Origin: Trypanosoma brucei
Lineage: Eukaryota
NCBI GenBank assembly: GCA_000002445.1
Contig: AE017150.2
Span: 288,001 to 352,000 of the forward strand
Direction of reading: 5' to 3'
DNA length: 64,000 nucleotides
Translations under genes and position numbers: made by a program
Notes under the pieces: model-generated
Seen by the model: the letters and a program-made list of their open reading frames with translations, nothing else
Told to the model about the DNA's origin: nothing
Databases searched by the model: none
Part shown: positions 47,281 through 59,029 of the stretch, one piece after another
Position numbering within the stretch: position 1 is the stretch's first letter
Layout of the letters: the number at the start of each line of letters is the position of its first letter

Positions 47281-47450
47281 GTAACCCTCTCTCCCTCCCT
47301 CTCTTTTTCTTTCTCTCTTCCCGCGTTTTCCTTCATTTCTACATTCGTCCTTCCTTCACCATTATGTAGGGTTGCCTTACTCCCACTTCGAGTGGTTTGA
47401 CTCTACCTTGCCTGTTAGTATTTCTTTTTTCCCCTCTACTCTTTACGCAG
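47281..47450 (+). promoter_or_regulatory. Extended polypyrimidine tracts plus AG upstream of ISWI
   Basis: C/T-rich runs (ctctctccctccctctctttttctttctctcttcc..., tttcttttttcccctctactctttacgcag) lie 30-190 nt upstream of the ATG. Confidence 0.4.
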
Positions 47451-47475
47451 TTTCATAGAACCAGATAAGGTACCG

Positions 47476-50400
47476 ATGGAGGCACCAGCAGGACGCAGCA
47501 TACGGCAACGGCAGGACTTACAGACGACGAGCAGCGTGGACCGCCACGTCAAGGATCTCTCAGCCATCGAGTTATACGAGCAAATATTACTCGGTTGCAT
47601 CCGGGCTGGGGATGACCCCAACGCTGCCGTTAAAATAGAGCACTTTGAGGGTTATGTGGAACCAACGTTTGATCTGCTGCACGGTGCACATGTAGTGGCA
47701 CACCAGCGCCAGCGGTTAAGCGACATTTACCACGAGCGGGAGCACATAATCGGTACCCTCCGCGCCTCCCCGGAGCATCAACAGCGGAATGCCTTTGATC
47801 GACTGCTGTTGGAAACGGAGTACTGGACGGGCCTTCGCGAATGGAACGAAACCACGCGAAGTGGCAGCGGAGACACAACTCGGGGACGACTGCGACGGCG
47901 GCTTGAGGCGACTGTTGGAGGGAAGGGGGGGAGTGAGGGAATGGAATCTGAGATGTTACACCTGACCGAGTCGCCGTCATATATCCGCGGTAAACTACGG
48001 CCGTACCAAATTGAGGGTGTAAATTGGTTGCTGGGTCTGTATTCCCGTTGCATCAATGGCATCCTGGCGGATGAGATGGGCTTAGGAAAAACTCTGCAAA
48101 CCATCTCCACGCTAGCGTATCTTAAGTTCAGCCATGGTCTCCCGGGACCCCATCTGGTGGTATGCCCCAAATCTGTTATGGGCAATTGGTATCGTGAGGT
48201 TCGGCAGTGGTGCCCAGCCCTCTCCGTGTTGAAGTTCCACTGCTCATCCAACATACGTCCTCAGCTCGTCCGCGCACATTTGATGCCGTGTGGAAATATC
48301 AAATATGACATTATTGTAACTACCTTTGAGATGGTCTTGGAGGAGCACGGAGCTTTCAGGAAGATACCTTGGCAGTACCTTATCGTCGATGAGGCTCACA
48401 AACTGAAAAATGAAGAAGGCAGAGCCCACGTTACGTTGGGATCGATTAATGCTAATTATCGACTCATCATCACGGGTACACCTCTGCAGAATAACCTGAA
48501 GGAACTGTGGGCCCTTCTACACTTTCTTACTCCCCGTCTTTTTGATGATTCGAAGTCCTTTGACAGCTGGTTTGACACGGCAAGTGGCCAGGAGGACAGT
48601 GAGGCGCTAAGTAACATGCACCAGATACTCGCCCCACTCATGATCCGCCGACTGAAGTCAGAGGTGAGCACTGGCATTCCACCAAAGAAGGAGATCTACG
48701 TGTCGTGCAGATTATCCAAAGTTCAGAGGCGGTGGTATATGCAAGTTTTAGCCAAGGATGCGGAGGTGCTCAACAAAGGCAGCGGAGGAAGCTCTGCTTT
48801 TCTGACGAATACACTGATGAGTTTGCGTAAAGTTATCAATCACCCGTATATGATGGATGGGGGGGAGGAAGGCCCTCCCTTCATCACAGACGAGCGAATT
48901 GTGAAGTACAGTGGTAAAATGCTGTTGCTGGACAAACTGCTACACCGACTACGGCGCGACGAAAAGGAGGGGCACAAAGTTCTGATTTTTTCTCAATTTA
49001 CTTCCATGCTGGACATACTGGAGGATTATTGCTCGATGCGTGGCTTTAAGGTCTGCCGTATCGATGGTAGTACAAGTGGTTATGACCGCGATTCTCAGAT
49101 GGCTGCTTTTAACGCACCCAAAAGCGATTACTTTATATTTTTGCTCTCTACCCGCGCGGGAGGTCTCGGTATCAACCTGCAGGCTGCGAATAATGTCATA
49201 ATATACGATTCAGATTGGAATCCGCAGATGGATTTGCAAGCACAGGATCGAGCACATCGCATTGGCCAGAAGCGCGTTGTGCGCGTGTACCGTTTTGTCA
49301 CAGATGGTACCGTGGAGGAGAGGATATACCACCGGGCACTGAAGAAACTCTATCTTGATGCAATGGTAGTGCAACAGGGTCGGGCTAGCGGGGGCGGAAA
49401 TGGAAACAATTTGTCACGGGAGGAATTGCTCTCCATGATTAAGTTTGGTGCTGAGGAGATATTCAAGGCAAAGGATGAGGACATCACGGAGGCTGACATT
49501 GATTGCCTCTTCGACGATGATAGAAAGTCACGGGAACTCAACGATGCGGTCCGTCAGCAGGTTCAAATGTCTCTTGCGAGCTTTAAGTTGGGTGCTGACG
49601 AGACCAATATCTACGATTTCGAGGGTGTAAGCTTCCGCGAGGGCGTAGAGTCGCGTCTGCTTCATATTACCCTTTCCGATCCCGTTTCACAAGACGAACT
49701 CCACAAACAGTGTTCGCAGTTTGGTGATGTGATTAAGGTTGTTCTCCACACGAATCTCAAAGAGGCACTTGCATCCTTCCGCACTACAGCTGGGGCCATG
49801 GATGCGAAGGATGGCTTACCGTACAAGTGCGAGTTCGCTTCAAAGGAAGCGCGGAGGGTGGTACCCAAAGAGATAATTACGGAATACTACAACACTGAGG
49901 AAAAACTTGGCCGTGGTCACCGACAACGGGAACCGGTGCAGTTTTATACGGAAGAGGAGGTGGAGACAATTCAAAAGCAGAAGAAGGGACCACCACTAAA
50001 ACTTCCGCGCGCCCCCCAGTTCAAGTCTCATCAGCTGTTTAACATGAAGCGTTTACTGGAGCTTCATGCTACTGAAGTTTCCCTAATGGTACGAAACTGG
50101 GAGCGCGGGATTAACGGCACCGGAAATGGTACGAGCGGAACTGGCAATGGCGGTGCGGATGAGAACACAGATCACGTGAAGGACGCTGGTAATGAGGTGG
50201 TGGGAGCTGAAGAAAAGCGGAACAAAGATGAAGGTAATAACGAAACAACGAAGGTGGAGGAACGTGATGATGTGAAGGAGACTTCAAAACAAGAGGGAAA
50301 TGGTGAGGTAGAGACTGGAGTGGAGGAAGAAACTTTAACTGCTGTGGAGCGTGAGGAGAGGGAACGGTTAATGAAGGAGGGTTTCCCCGACTGGACTATC

Positions 50401-50958
50401 AACGAGTACCGTACACTTGTCGGCGTCATCACTAGTGGCAGCGTCGACATTAGCGACTACCCAGCCATCACAGCAGCGGTTAATGCTCGCCGTTGTAACA
50501 AAACTGTGGAGGAAGTACGAAAGTATCTTACTGCGTTACTTGAAAGGGGCAGCCAATACATTAAGAACTTTGCGCGTGTAGAGGAGAGGATACAGCGTAT
50601 GCAGGAAAGGCGGAAGGCGCAGGAGGATGAGTTGCGAGCCGCAAAATGGAAAGTGGAAAGTTATGAAGATCCCGAGACTCAACTCACATTTAAGGGCCGC
50701 TGCAACGACGACTTCGACCGCAAGTTATTTCTTATGGCGTACGACGTCGGATTCGCTCGGCAAAACTGGGAAACATTTATACGACGAATGCCTGAGAGCC
50801 GCTTTGATGTTTGGTTGCAATCGAGGGATAGCGGCTATTGTGAACGCCGGTTGAGAGGATTAAAGGCTGCCGTAAAGAGGGAATGGCAACCTCCAAATGA
50901 TGAAGACACTGAGGTGGTGGGGCGTCGCAGGAGGCTGGAGCGGAAGTTTCCGGAATAA
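47476..50958 (+). CDS. ISWI: ISWI-type SNF2 family chromatin-remodelling ATPase
   Basis: An SNF2 N-domain is present (LRPYQIEGVNWL, DEMGLGKT, DEAHKLKN). A helicase-C domain is present (VLIFSQFTSMLDIL, LSTRAGGLGINL, DSDWNPQMDLQAQDRAHRIGQ). C-terminal SANT/SLIDE-like modules are present (FPDWTINEYRTL; YDVGFARQNWETF). Confidence 0.9.
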   Translation: MEAPAGRSIRQRQDLQTTSSVDRHVKDLSAIELYEQILLGCIRAGDDPNAAVKIEHFEGYVEPTFDLLHGAHVVAHQRQRLSDIYHEREHIIGTLRASPEHQQRNAFDRLLLETEYWTGLREWNETTRSGSGDTTRGRLRRRLEATVGGKGGSEGMESEMLHLTESPSYIRGKLRPYQIEGVNWLLGLYSRCINGILADEMGLGKTLQTISTLAYLKFSHGLPGPHLVVCPKSVMGNWYREVRQWCPALSVLKFHCSSNIRPQLVRAHLMPCGNIKYDIIVTTFEMVLEEHGAFRKIPWQYLIVDEAHKLKNEEGRAHVTLGSINANYRLIITGTPLQNNLKELWALLHFLTPRLFDDSKSFDSWFDTASGQEDSEALSNMHQILAPLMIRRLKSEVSTGIPPKKEIYVSCRLSKVQRRWYMQVLAKDAEVLNKGSGGSSAFLTNTLMSLRKVINHPYMMDGGEEGPPFITDERIVKYSGKMLLLDKLLHRLRRDEKEGHKVLIFSQFTSMLDILEDYCSMRGFKVCRIDGSTSGYDRDSQMAAFNAPKSDYFIFLLSTRAGGLGINLQAANNVIIYDSDWNPQMDLQAQDRAHRIGQKRVVRVYRFVTDGTVEERIYHRALKKLYLDAMVVQQGRASGGGNGNNLSREELLSMIKFGAEEIFKAKDEDITEADIDCLFDDDRKSRELNDAVRQQVQMSLASFKLGADETNIYDFEGVSFREGVESRLLHITLSDPVSQDELHKQCSQFGDVIKVVLHTNLKEALASFRTTAGAMDAKDGLPYKCEFASKEARRVVPKEIITEYYNTEEKLGRGHRQREPVQFYTEEEVETIQKQKKGPPLKLPRAPQFKSHQLFNMKRLLELHATEVSLMVRNWERGINGTGNGTSGTGNGGADENTDHVKDAGNEVVGAEEKRNKDEGNNETTKVEERDDVKETSKQEGNGEVETGVEEETLTAVEREERERLMKEGFPDWTINEYRTLVGVITSGSVDISDYPAITAAVNARRCNKTVEEVRKYLTALLERGSQYIKNFARVEERIQRMQERRKAQEDELRAAKWKVESYEDPETQLTFKGRCNDDFDRKLFLMAYDVGFARQNWETFIRRMPESRFDVWLQSRDSGYCERRLRGLKAAVKREWQPPNDEDTEVVGRRRRLERKFPE

Positions 50959-51807
50959 TCATATTGAAGGGGGATCCTTTTTTCTTTTTTGTGAAGGATT
51001 CAAAGGGGACGTGTGTGAGCAAAGGGTATTGGTTATGGTGCGAGCGATATAGGCTATCAACGAGTACCCATGACCATATCTTTCTTTAATTTTTCAATGC
51101 GTTGACATTTTTCCTTCTTTTTCTTTTCAGATTTTCTTTCGTTTCTTCTTCTTCAGGAAGGAAAAACGAAACAAAACAAAAATCACGTGGTACCGTGAAG
51201 TCTGCACTTATACCGTGCCTCTCAATCGAGTGAGGGAGGGGTTCTGATGCGCTAAATAGACGCGGACTAATTTTTTAAATTTTATGCGAGCATCCATCTG
51301 GTTCCTTTAACCTTCCTTTCGTATAAATAAGCAATATATATATATATATATATATATATGAATAAATTATGAATGAACGCATGTGTGCTTTCTCACCCTT
51401 TCTGTGTCTATCATGTTTGTGGCTGTAACATTGTTGTTATTGTTATTGTTACTTTTCCCTTCCTTTTGTGAGTTGCCTTTCTGGTGGTTAGTGGTACCAC
51501 ATTCTTGTATTGCCATTACACGCATAGGAACATCAAGGTGCAATTGTGTTTCTTTCCCTTCACCGTAGTGGTGCTTTTACAAGGTTTATATTTGTATTAT
51601 TGAAAATAAAATTAAAGAAAAAAAGAAAAAAAAATCCATTTTTATTATTACCATCATCATCATCATTAATATTAAAATATCTCCCCCCCTTTTGAAAATT
51701 TCGTTGTTGTCTCTTTTTTTTTTCTTTTTTTCGTTGTGCTTGCGCTCAATTTTTGTTGAGAGTGGCGCAACGTCCTTCCCCACCTCCACACGTACCAACG
51801 CCGCCCA

Positions 51808-53673
51808 ATGGAGTTTAGTACGGAACCTCAGGTAATTGGTGGCACGGTGGAGTTGGGCCACTTATTAGGTTCCGGTGGCTTTGGGAAGGTGTATTACGGT
51901 TATGACAAGAAACGAAAGATGGATGTGGCGGTGAAGGTTATTGAGAAGGAACTCGTTGAGATGTTTGAGATCCGTGCGTATGTTGATCGGGAGATTGAAG
52001 TGATGCGTAAGCTCCGAAATCGTTTTGTTGTGCGATTGTTGGATTCGGTGGAGTCACCCACCGCCTACAACCTCATCATGGAGTTAGCTCCCAATGGAGA
52101 GCTTTTTGATAAAATTGTGAATGCCGACCGTTTCGATGAAGCCACGGCTCGGCTATACTTTCAGCAGCTTATTTGTGCGGTGCACTATTGCCACGGACTC
52201 AATATTGTGCACCGTGATCTGAAAGCAGAAAACCTTTTATTGGGAAAAGACAATGAGCTAAAAATATGTGACTGGGGTCTCTCACGGTACACACGCGAGG
52301 CGCCAATGAGAGGTGACCGTCGAATTCGGTTTCATTCTCTTGCGGGGAGTATTGACTACCAAGCGCCTGAAGTGCTTAGTGGGCGAGGTTACGAGGGAAG
52401 TGCATGTGACATTTGGAGTTGCGGGGCCATTCTGTTCTTTATGCTCTGTGGTTATCTTCCCTTCACTGACACAAGTGATGCATTGACGAAACGGCGTATT
52501 CTCAATTGTGAGTACAATCGCACGAACCGGTATCTTTCCTCCGGTGCCAGTGATCTCATATCCCATCTGTTGGAGGTGGATCCGGTGACACGATATAACA
52601 CCACAGATGTTATAAATCACCCGTGGTTTCAAACGGATCTTGACCCAACCCTCTTTCCCGATGTGCCGCGTTCCCCCCATTCCGCAACAACTGCTGCGGA
52701 AGCTTCCATTACTAGTTTTGCAAAGCAGGATGTATCGCTTTCTGTGAGTCGTGATGATGTCACAACTGCGGCGTCTAGTGTCGACTTACAGGCGATCCGT
52801 CGCGCTTTTGCCACATGTAATGTAAATGGGACGGGGTTTTTAGATGCAGAGGAGGTACGTGATGCACTGATTAAGTTGAATGGTAACAACCATATTTCTG
52901 CTGAGGAGGTGACTGCCTTCATGTCGAACTTCACTTTAGATGCCGCTGGCCGCATATCCGAGGAGGAGTTTGTTGCAGGTTGGACGAGGAATGAAGAGTT
53001 GGGGAAGAAATATGACGTTAATCACATGGCTGGTCTTTTCCACTATGATTTAGAAGCGGAATACTTGGCGGAGGTGCGCCGGGCCTTCGACTCCATTGAT
53101 GTGAATCATACCGGTTTAATAACGACGGAAAGCCTTAAAAAACTTTCGCTCAACTGCACAGATGAAGAGATAAAAGACTTCTTTAATGTTGTCGATCCGG
53201 AGAAGGTGGGAAATGGGATGCTGAGCTTTGAGCAATTTGTTCATCTTTGCTCAAGACACGACCTTTTCAAGAACCACCCCATCGTGCAGCGACTGCGGCG
53301 TTTGGAGAAAATATTTGTTATTACAGATATTCGCTGGATGCAAAGTTACACCGGTACGGGATTTACTGTGGCTGGGACTCGGGAGAATGTTGCATTACAC
53401 ATTAAGTCCCACAAGGCCCTTTCCACAAAGTTTGAAGGAAAGGATCAGGGCTTCATGTACGGAACATATACGGTGAATGACAATGTTGTGTTGCGAGTTG
53501 GCCTCCACTTAATTTCTACATTACCGGGTTACACTCGTGTGTCGCCGTATCGCATTGTTGGAAAGACAAAAGACTTTCACGCATGGATTTTGCAATTACG
53601 GAAGGTACTGCGCCATGAAATATTACGGTGTGAGGAGGATACATTGATAAAGGGGAAACCGGAACTGATGTAG
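51808..53673 (+). CDS. Serine/threonine protein kinase with a C-terminal EF-hand pair (CDPK/CaMK-like), 621 aa
   Basis: Kinase subdomains are present: LGSGGFGKVYYG...VAVKVI, HRDLKAENLLL, ICDWGLSR (DWG in place of DFG), DYQAPEV and DIWSCGAILFFM. Two EF-hand loops are present: DVNGTGFLDAEE and DVNHTGLITTES. Confidence 0.85.
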   Translation: MEFSTEPQVIGGTVELGHLLGSGGFGKVYYGYDKKRKMDVAVKVIEKELVEMFEIRAYVDREIEVMRKLRNRFVVRLLDSVESPTAYNLIMELAPNGELFDKIVNADRFDEATARLYFQQLICAVHYCHGLNIVHRDLKAENLLLGKDNELKICDWGLSRYTREAPMRGDRRIRFHSLAGSIDYQAPEVLSGRGYEGSACDIWSCGAILFFMLCGYLPFTDTSDALTKRRILNCEYNRTNRYLSSGASDLISHLLEVDPVTRYNTTDVINHPWFQTDLDPTLFPDVPRSPHSATTAAEASITSFAKQDVSLSVSRDDVTTAASSVDLQAIRRAFATCNVNGTGFLDAEEVRDALIKLNGNNHISAEEVTAFMSNFTLDAAGRISEEEFVAGWTRNEELGKKYDVNHMAGLFHYDLEAEYLAEVRRAFDSIDVNHTGLITTESLKKLSLNCTDEEIKDFFNVVDPEKVGNGMLSFEQFVHLCSRHDLFKNHPIVQRLRRLEKIFVITDIRWMQSYTGTGFTVAGTRENVALHIKSHKALSTKFEGKDQGFMYGTYTVNDNVVLRVGLHLISTLPGYTRVSPYRIVGKTKDFHAWILQLRKVLRHEILRCEEDTLIKGKPELM

Positions 53674-54542
53674 TGCCATTAGCAAAGTCTGATTTGGTAT
53701 ATAATTATACACATTTATATAACTATATGTTTCATGTCCGTGAGAAACGGCCAGAGGCAGATAAAAAGAGGGAGAGAGAGAGAGAGAAAAAAAAAAAGGG
53801 AAAGAGAAGGGAAGAGGGATGTTGGAAGAAGGGTGAAAAATAAAAATAAAAATAAAGATGAAATAATAATAATAATAAAATACAACACAATACAATAAAA
53901 TGAAAAGGAGAGAAGAAAAGAAAGGGAAAAGAAAGGGAAAGGGAGCAATCAAAAGGCATTATTGATGGAAAGAGTGCGGTGGTTGAGTAAATGTTGTAGA
54001 TGAGTAAAGTTGTGTTACGCAAATGGAAGCAGAGCGTAGCTCTAAATGAAGGTAATTACAATAATAACGAAAGAGCACAGGCGATGTTTATGTTGTTTAC
54101 GGTCCTTTTTTTTCTTTTTTTTTTGTTTTGGTGCTTTAATAGTTTAGTGGTGTTTCCCACCCATGTTGGTGGTGTTTTTTTTTCTTTTTTTTCTTTTGTG
54201 TGTTTTTTTTTTTGGAGCAGGAGAGATCGGGTTGCAGCGGGGTCCCGGCAGAAGAAAAGGATAAAAAAGTAATCTTTTTTGTGCTTTTTTTTGTTTCCTT
54301 AAAACAAAAAAAAAAAGAAAGAGGAGAGAAAAAATTGAGAAAAAAAAATGAATGCGTTGCAAATGTATTTGTGGACAATATGTATACCTTGAAGGAACAT
54401 AGATATATTTGTTCTTATATGTATGCATGTATATGTTTGTGGTGTATCTCTGTATTTCTGTATTTCTGTATTTGTTTGTTTGTTCGTCTGTTTGTGCTGT
54501 TTATTTAAGTGCGCAAAGTGCCGGTGATGAAGTGAAGATTAT

Positions 54543-54546
<4 letters not shown>

Positions 54547-54586
<40 letters not shown>
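54547..54586. repeat. (TG)n microsatellite, about 20 units
   Basis: Read directly from the sequence. It lies within the 3.4 kb low-complexity intergenic/UTR region 53674-57062. Confidence 0.9.
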
Positions 54587-54589
<3 letters not shown>

Positions 54590-56769
54590 ATCAAAATGTG
54601 AGTACGTGCAATTTGTAAGCAAAAATATATAAATTTCAATAAATTAATGAATTAAATAATATATATATATATATATTTCCTTTTTCCAATGTCTACATGC
54701 ACTGTGGGGAGAAGGACGGAAGTGAAGGCAACGTGAGAAACCGCTTAGGCTTAAGGCCTGACTCTGTTCCCACCTTTTTTTTTCTGTTTCCAATTGCATG
54801 GTAACCTCTTTTATTTTTATTTATTTTTATAGATATTTCTTTTTCTTACCTTTATTTCCTATATAGAGCGCACTTTCATCATTGATGGCACGATTTCTGG
54901 CCCATTTGATTAAAGTGAACAGAGAGAATAATAAGTAGTTTTTTTTCTCAATTTTTTTCTTCGTCTAATCTTTCTTTTTTTTTTTTGAAAAAGAAATTAT
55001 TTCGTGTACGTATGTTATTAAGTCAGTACGAAAAGTGATGACAGTGATATAATATCTCCCAACATCTCTGCATTTTAGTCTTTTTTTTTTCCTTTTGAGT
55101 TCATATCTTTACGAATTTATTTATTTATTATTGGATGACATGGTGTCGCAATTTTTTTCTTTTTTTTTTTCTTAAAGAAAAGGAGGTCGTGGCGAAATGT
55201 GCCAACTGAAAAAACAAAAAAAAAAAAGGGGAAAAAAACTGCGATGCTGAAGGAAGTTATGTGGAGGGGCTCGGCACTTGGGGGAGAGGAGTGATTTTTC
55301 TTTTTTTTTCTTTATTATTATTATTAATTTTGGATGATGTGTGAGGCAGGGGAAAAAGTGACGTGCGTACATTTTTGTCTTTTGTTTTCTTTTTTTTTTA
55401 AAAAAAAAACACAGCTCTGGTTATTATTAATATTATTAAAATAATGAAATAAGTTAGGTGGGATGAGTTAGGAGGGGGGGGAAAAAAAAGATAAAACTGA
55501 AGGATTTATTTGCTGCGTGTTTTCAGTTGTTTTGGTGGTGACCGGTCATCACTTTTGATTTTTTGATTTTCTTTTTGTTATTTAATTTAATTTATTTTGT
55601 TTCGTTTTGTTTTTGGTTGAATATTTGTGGAAAACTATGAGGTGATGAGAAAAAGAAGAATATGTAGTCTTATTGCGGAAGGTAGTTTTTTTTTTTCATT
55701 GTGTTTGTATGGATTTAAAAGAATATCAGGTAACAAAAGTTCACGTTAGGAAGAGATTAAAATTTTTTTTCTTTTTTTCTTTTTTCTTTTTCTAACTTAT
55801 ACCTTCACTGGTTTATTTGGTGAGTGAAGCATTTAGGCGGAGGAATAACTCCCTCGGGATGATTTTCCTCGATTTTTTTTTTTTGTAAGTTGTCCACACA
55901 AACACAAACACAAACACAAATACGTAAATGTACATATTTATATATTTATATATTTATATAATTATATATTTATATATTTGTATATTATTGGTGCGTATAA
56001 TTTTTATTATTTATTATTTTTGACCTCTCCGACGTGTTCAATGCGGATGTACTCAATTTTCTTCCCCCAATCGTTCACCCCAAAGCACAACAATAATGAT
56101 AATAATTATCTTTATCACCATCATCATTATAATAATAATATTATTATTATTATCATTAAAATGTTTTGTTGTTAATTATATTCACCTTATCTCATCTCAC
56201 CTGATACGCTCTTTAACATTATTATGACATAGAAAAGTGTAGCCACCTTTTTTTTTTTTTTTGAACCACTTGCTGTAGGTTTCATTGTCTCATTCTGTTG
56301 AGTGCAATATGTCCTTCTCATAAAGACACTTCATCAACTCTTCGAACTCTACTTCCTTTTTTTTCCCCTTTTTTCTTGTTATTCACTCACAGTTGTGGTT
56401 GTGCATTTACTTCCTTTTTTTTTTCCTTTAGGGCTCTCTTCTCCCCATTCCCTTCTTTTTTTTTTTCGGTTCCTCTTGTTTTAACCACAAATGTTACTTA
56501 TTTTCTCTTCTTTTGTGGTGCGAAACCTTATGGGAGGGAACTCTCTGAAGGGTATCTTAAAGAGAGCTGCTCTGCATATTTATATATCTTCAATAAATGA
56601 ATAAATATAGTTATATAATTATATAATTATATATATATATATATATATTTGTTTATTTATTGATGGATATTTTATATTGTGGCGGCATTCCTGCCATCGT
56701 GTAGGTTTTTTTTTGTTTTCCCCCCTTTCCCCTTCTTTTCCCTCTCATGTTCTTCCCTTCACATCTTGT

Positions 56770-56808
<39 letters not shown>
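56770..56808. repeat. (CT)n followed by (AT)n compound microsatellite
   Basis: Read directly from the sequence. Confidence 0.85.
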
Positions 56809-57062
56809 TTTTATATTTTTTCTTTGTTCTATGCACCACTTCTAATGTTTTTGACATTTAAATTCCTTACATTGCAGCTCTTCTCATTGATTATAATTTT
56901 GGTTATAGAGGCGTAGAATAGGAATAAAAAAAAAGAGAGAGAGAGATAGAGAGGAAAGGAAAGAGGGAGGGAAGAGCCACAATCAGAGGCACATTCTGCA
57001 AATTGAGAGAAAGACAAAAAAAAAAAAAGGAAAAAAAAAGGAACCTCATAACTTAGGCAGTC

Positions 57063-58475
57063 ATGGCAGAGGGGGGTTTTAATATGCCCTCAGAGCAGAG
57101 ACAATTGGCGTGTGCACGTGTGAGAATGGTGGATGGAATTGTGAATAATAACTCTAACCTCAACATTGAGAGCCACAGCGCTTATAGCGGTACTTATACC
57201 AATGGTAGCATACCTGTAGAAAATAATAGTCGTCCTTTATGTGATGCGGAAGGTGGTAAAACTATTGTCTCCAATACCCGGCGTCGTTACACCGTCCTTC
57301 CTTCAGCTTCACAAAACTTATTGAAGATTACGGACTTGCGGTCTATTGAACGCTACATTGAACTCAACAAAAACCATCGTTTCATGGATCGTGACCCACC
57401 ACCTGCTGAAGTTATACCTGATGTTCCATTTGTACGAGTGTGTGGAGGAGATGAGGTGTTACAAATGGCTGTGAAGCCAATTCATCGCCGTGAGAGCGCC
57501 CTCGATGTTCCGCTTCGATTTGTTGCACCCGAATGTTTTCACATCCCTCCATTGGAGGACGCTCCAAGTTATTTTCCTCTCGCCCGCCGTATTGCTGCTT
57601 TACTAAAAGGTGCCGAATCCGTGCAGCCGCGCTGGTTGGAACGTCGGCCCGATTTGGCAGCGAGTGAAGCCACGAGGGGCGTGGTGGAAGTTCGAGTGCT
57701 GAAGGAAGCGGAGGTACGCCGACGTGCAGCCGTCCGTGCGGGTAACGTTTTGGCTGCTGGAATTCAATTTTGCACAACCGCCTCGCTGCATTACAACAGC
57801 GGCAACATGGAACTGGCGAGGGCTTCCTTTACGAAAGCGTTGGTTGCTTTTGAAGCTGCAGGGGATGTGCGTGGTGTTGCCCTTTGCCACAACCTATTAG
57901 GTATTTGTCACTACCGACTACAGGAATACAAAGTTTCTCTTTTGCATCATAAACAACAGGAGTCTGTGGGCGGGTGCTATGCACGTGCGGTTGCTCAAAT
58001 TAATATGGGGGTTTGTTATGCTGCTCTGGGTGAGTTGGATTTTGCAGAGGCGGCGCTTGAGGATGCGCTCGCAAATGCTCGCGCTTGTGAAAATAGTATG
58101 CTTGAGACGGTGGCGTTGGGAAATCAGGGACTGACATACCTTCGTATGGGTAATATGCGAGCGGCGCAAGCAAGTTTGGAACAATGTCTAGAACGGTGCA
58201 GTCTTGCTGGTGATAAAAGCGGGGCATCAATTTGTTTGCTTCTCCTTGGTGAGTTGTACTCTCTCATACAGGATCATAGTCATGCACTGTTTTATTTTGA
58301 GCATGCCTATCGCGTAGGGGGTGAGGCTGGTTGTGCTGATGTGGTAGATCTTGCTCGAGTTAACATCGGTATTTCCCGTGGCACGGGAGCATTGAGAGAT
58401 GCGATGATTCTACAGGCTAAACGTATGGGGGTGAAAGTTGGAGTGAAGGATGTTGTGAGTCTCCTCCCATCATGA
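57063..58475 (+). CDS. TPR-like repeat protein, hypothetical, 470 aa
   Basis: This is a long ORF in the unit orientation. Its C-terminal half has repeated helical A/L/G-rich 34-residue-like units (AVAQINMGVCYAALGELDFAEAALEDAL...; GNQGLTYLRMGNMRAAQASLEQCLE...). Confidence 0.6.
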   Translation: MAEGGFNMPSEQRQLACARVRMVDGIVNNNSNLNIESHSAYSGTYTNGSIPVENNSRPLCDAEGGKTIVSNTRRRYTVLPSASQNLLKITDLRSIERYIELNKNHRFMDRDPPPAEVIPDVPFVRVCGGDEVLQMAVKPIHRRESALDVPLRFVAPECFHIPPLEDAPSYFPLARRIAALLKGAESVQPRWLERRPDLAASEATRGVVEVRVLKEAEVRRRAAVRAGNVLAAGIQFCTTASLHYNSGNMELARASFTKALVAFEAAGDVRGVALCHNLLGICHYRLQEYKVSLLHHKQQESVGGCYARAVAQINMGVCYAALGELDFAEAALEDALANARACENSMLETVALGNQGLTYLRMGNMRAAQASLEQCLERCSLAGDKSGASICLLLLGELYSLIQDHSHALFYFEHAYRVGGEAGCADVVDLARVNIGISRGTGALRDAMILQAKRMGVKVGVKDVVSLLPS

Positions 58476-58606
58476 AAACAACAACAACAAGAACAACAAC
58501 AACAAGGAAGATAAGCGGCTTGCAAGCAGTGAATTCAAGAAGGGCCGTATATCACATGAAAGAGTAGAAAAACAGAGAAAAAAATATATACAAATGAACA
58601 CACACA

Positions 58607-58614
58607 CACACACG

Positions 58615-58645
<31 letters not shown>
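58607..58645. repeat. (CA)n followed by (TA)n compound microsatellite
   Basis: Read directly from the sequence. Confidence 0.85.
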
Positions 58646-59029
58646 GACAAGGAATATGTAGAATTTTGGTCCCCCTTTTCACTCAAATACTCTTTTTTCT
58701 TTTTTTCTTTTTTCTTCGCTTGAGCTAGCGTCCCCGCTACTTCTCGTTGTGGTATGTAGCATGTGTATTTGTTTCCCTTCCAGTTTCCATCCGGTGGTTG
58801 TTTGTGCAGTCCGACAATTTCCCTGTGTGGTTATGTTCTTTTCTTCCAGTTGAAGTTTTCCCTTTTTTTTTTTGCTTTGACGCTTTACTCAAGTATTTGA
58901 TACACTTCTCCCACTTTTTGGTATTTTACTTTACTTTATTGCTATTACTTTTTCACCTCTGCATGATTGTTGACGTTCATGCACGTGCTGACACGCGTTT
59001 AGATTTCGTGTAGTTTCTCTTACTCGGTT

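Noticed and set aside
53623-54508. Multiple 70-110-aa ORFs on both strands translating to poly-F/L/S/K low-complexity peptides
   Set aside because: They are products of homopolymer and microsatellite sequence in the long intergenic tract, not genes.
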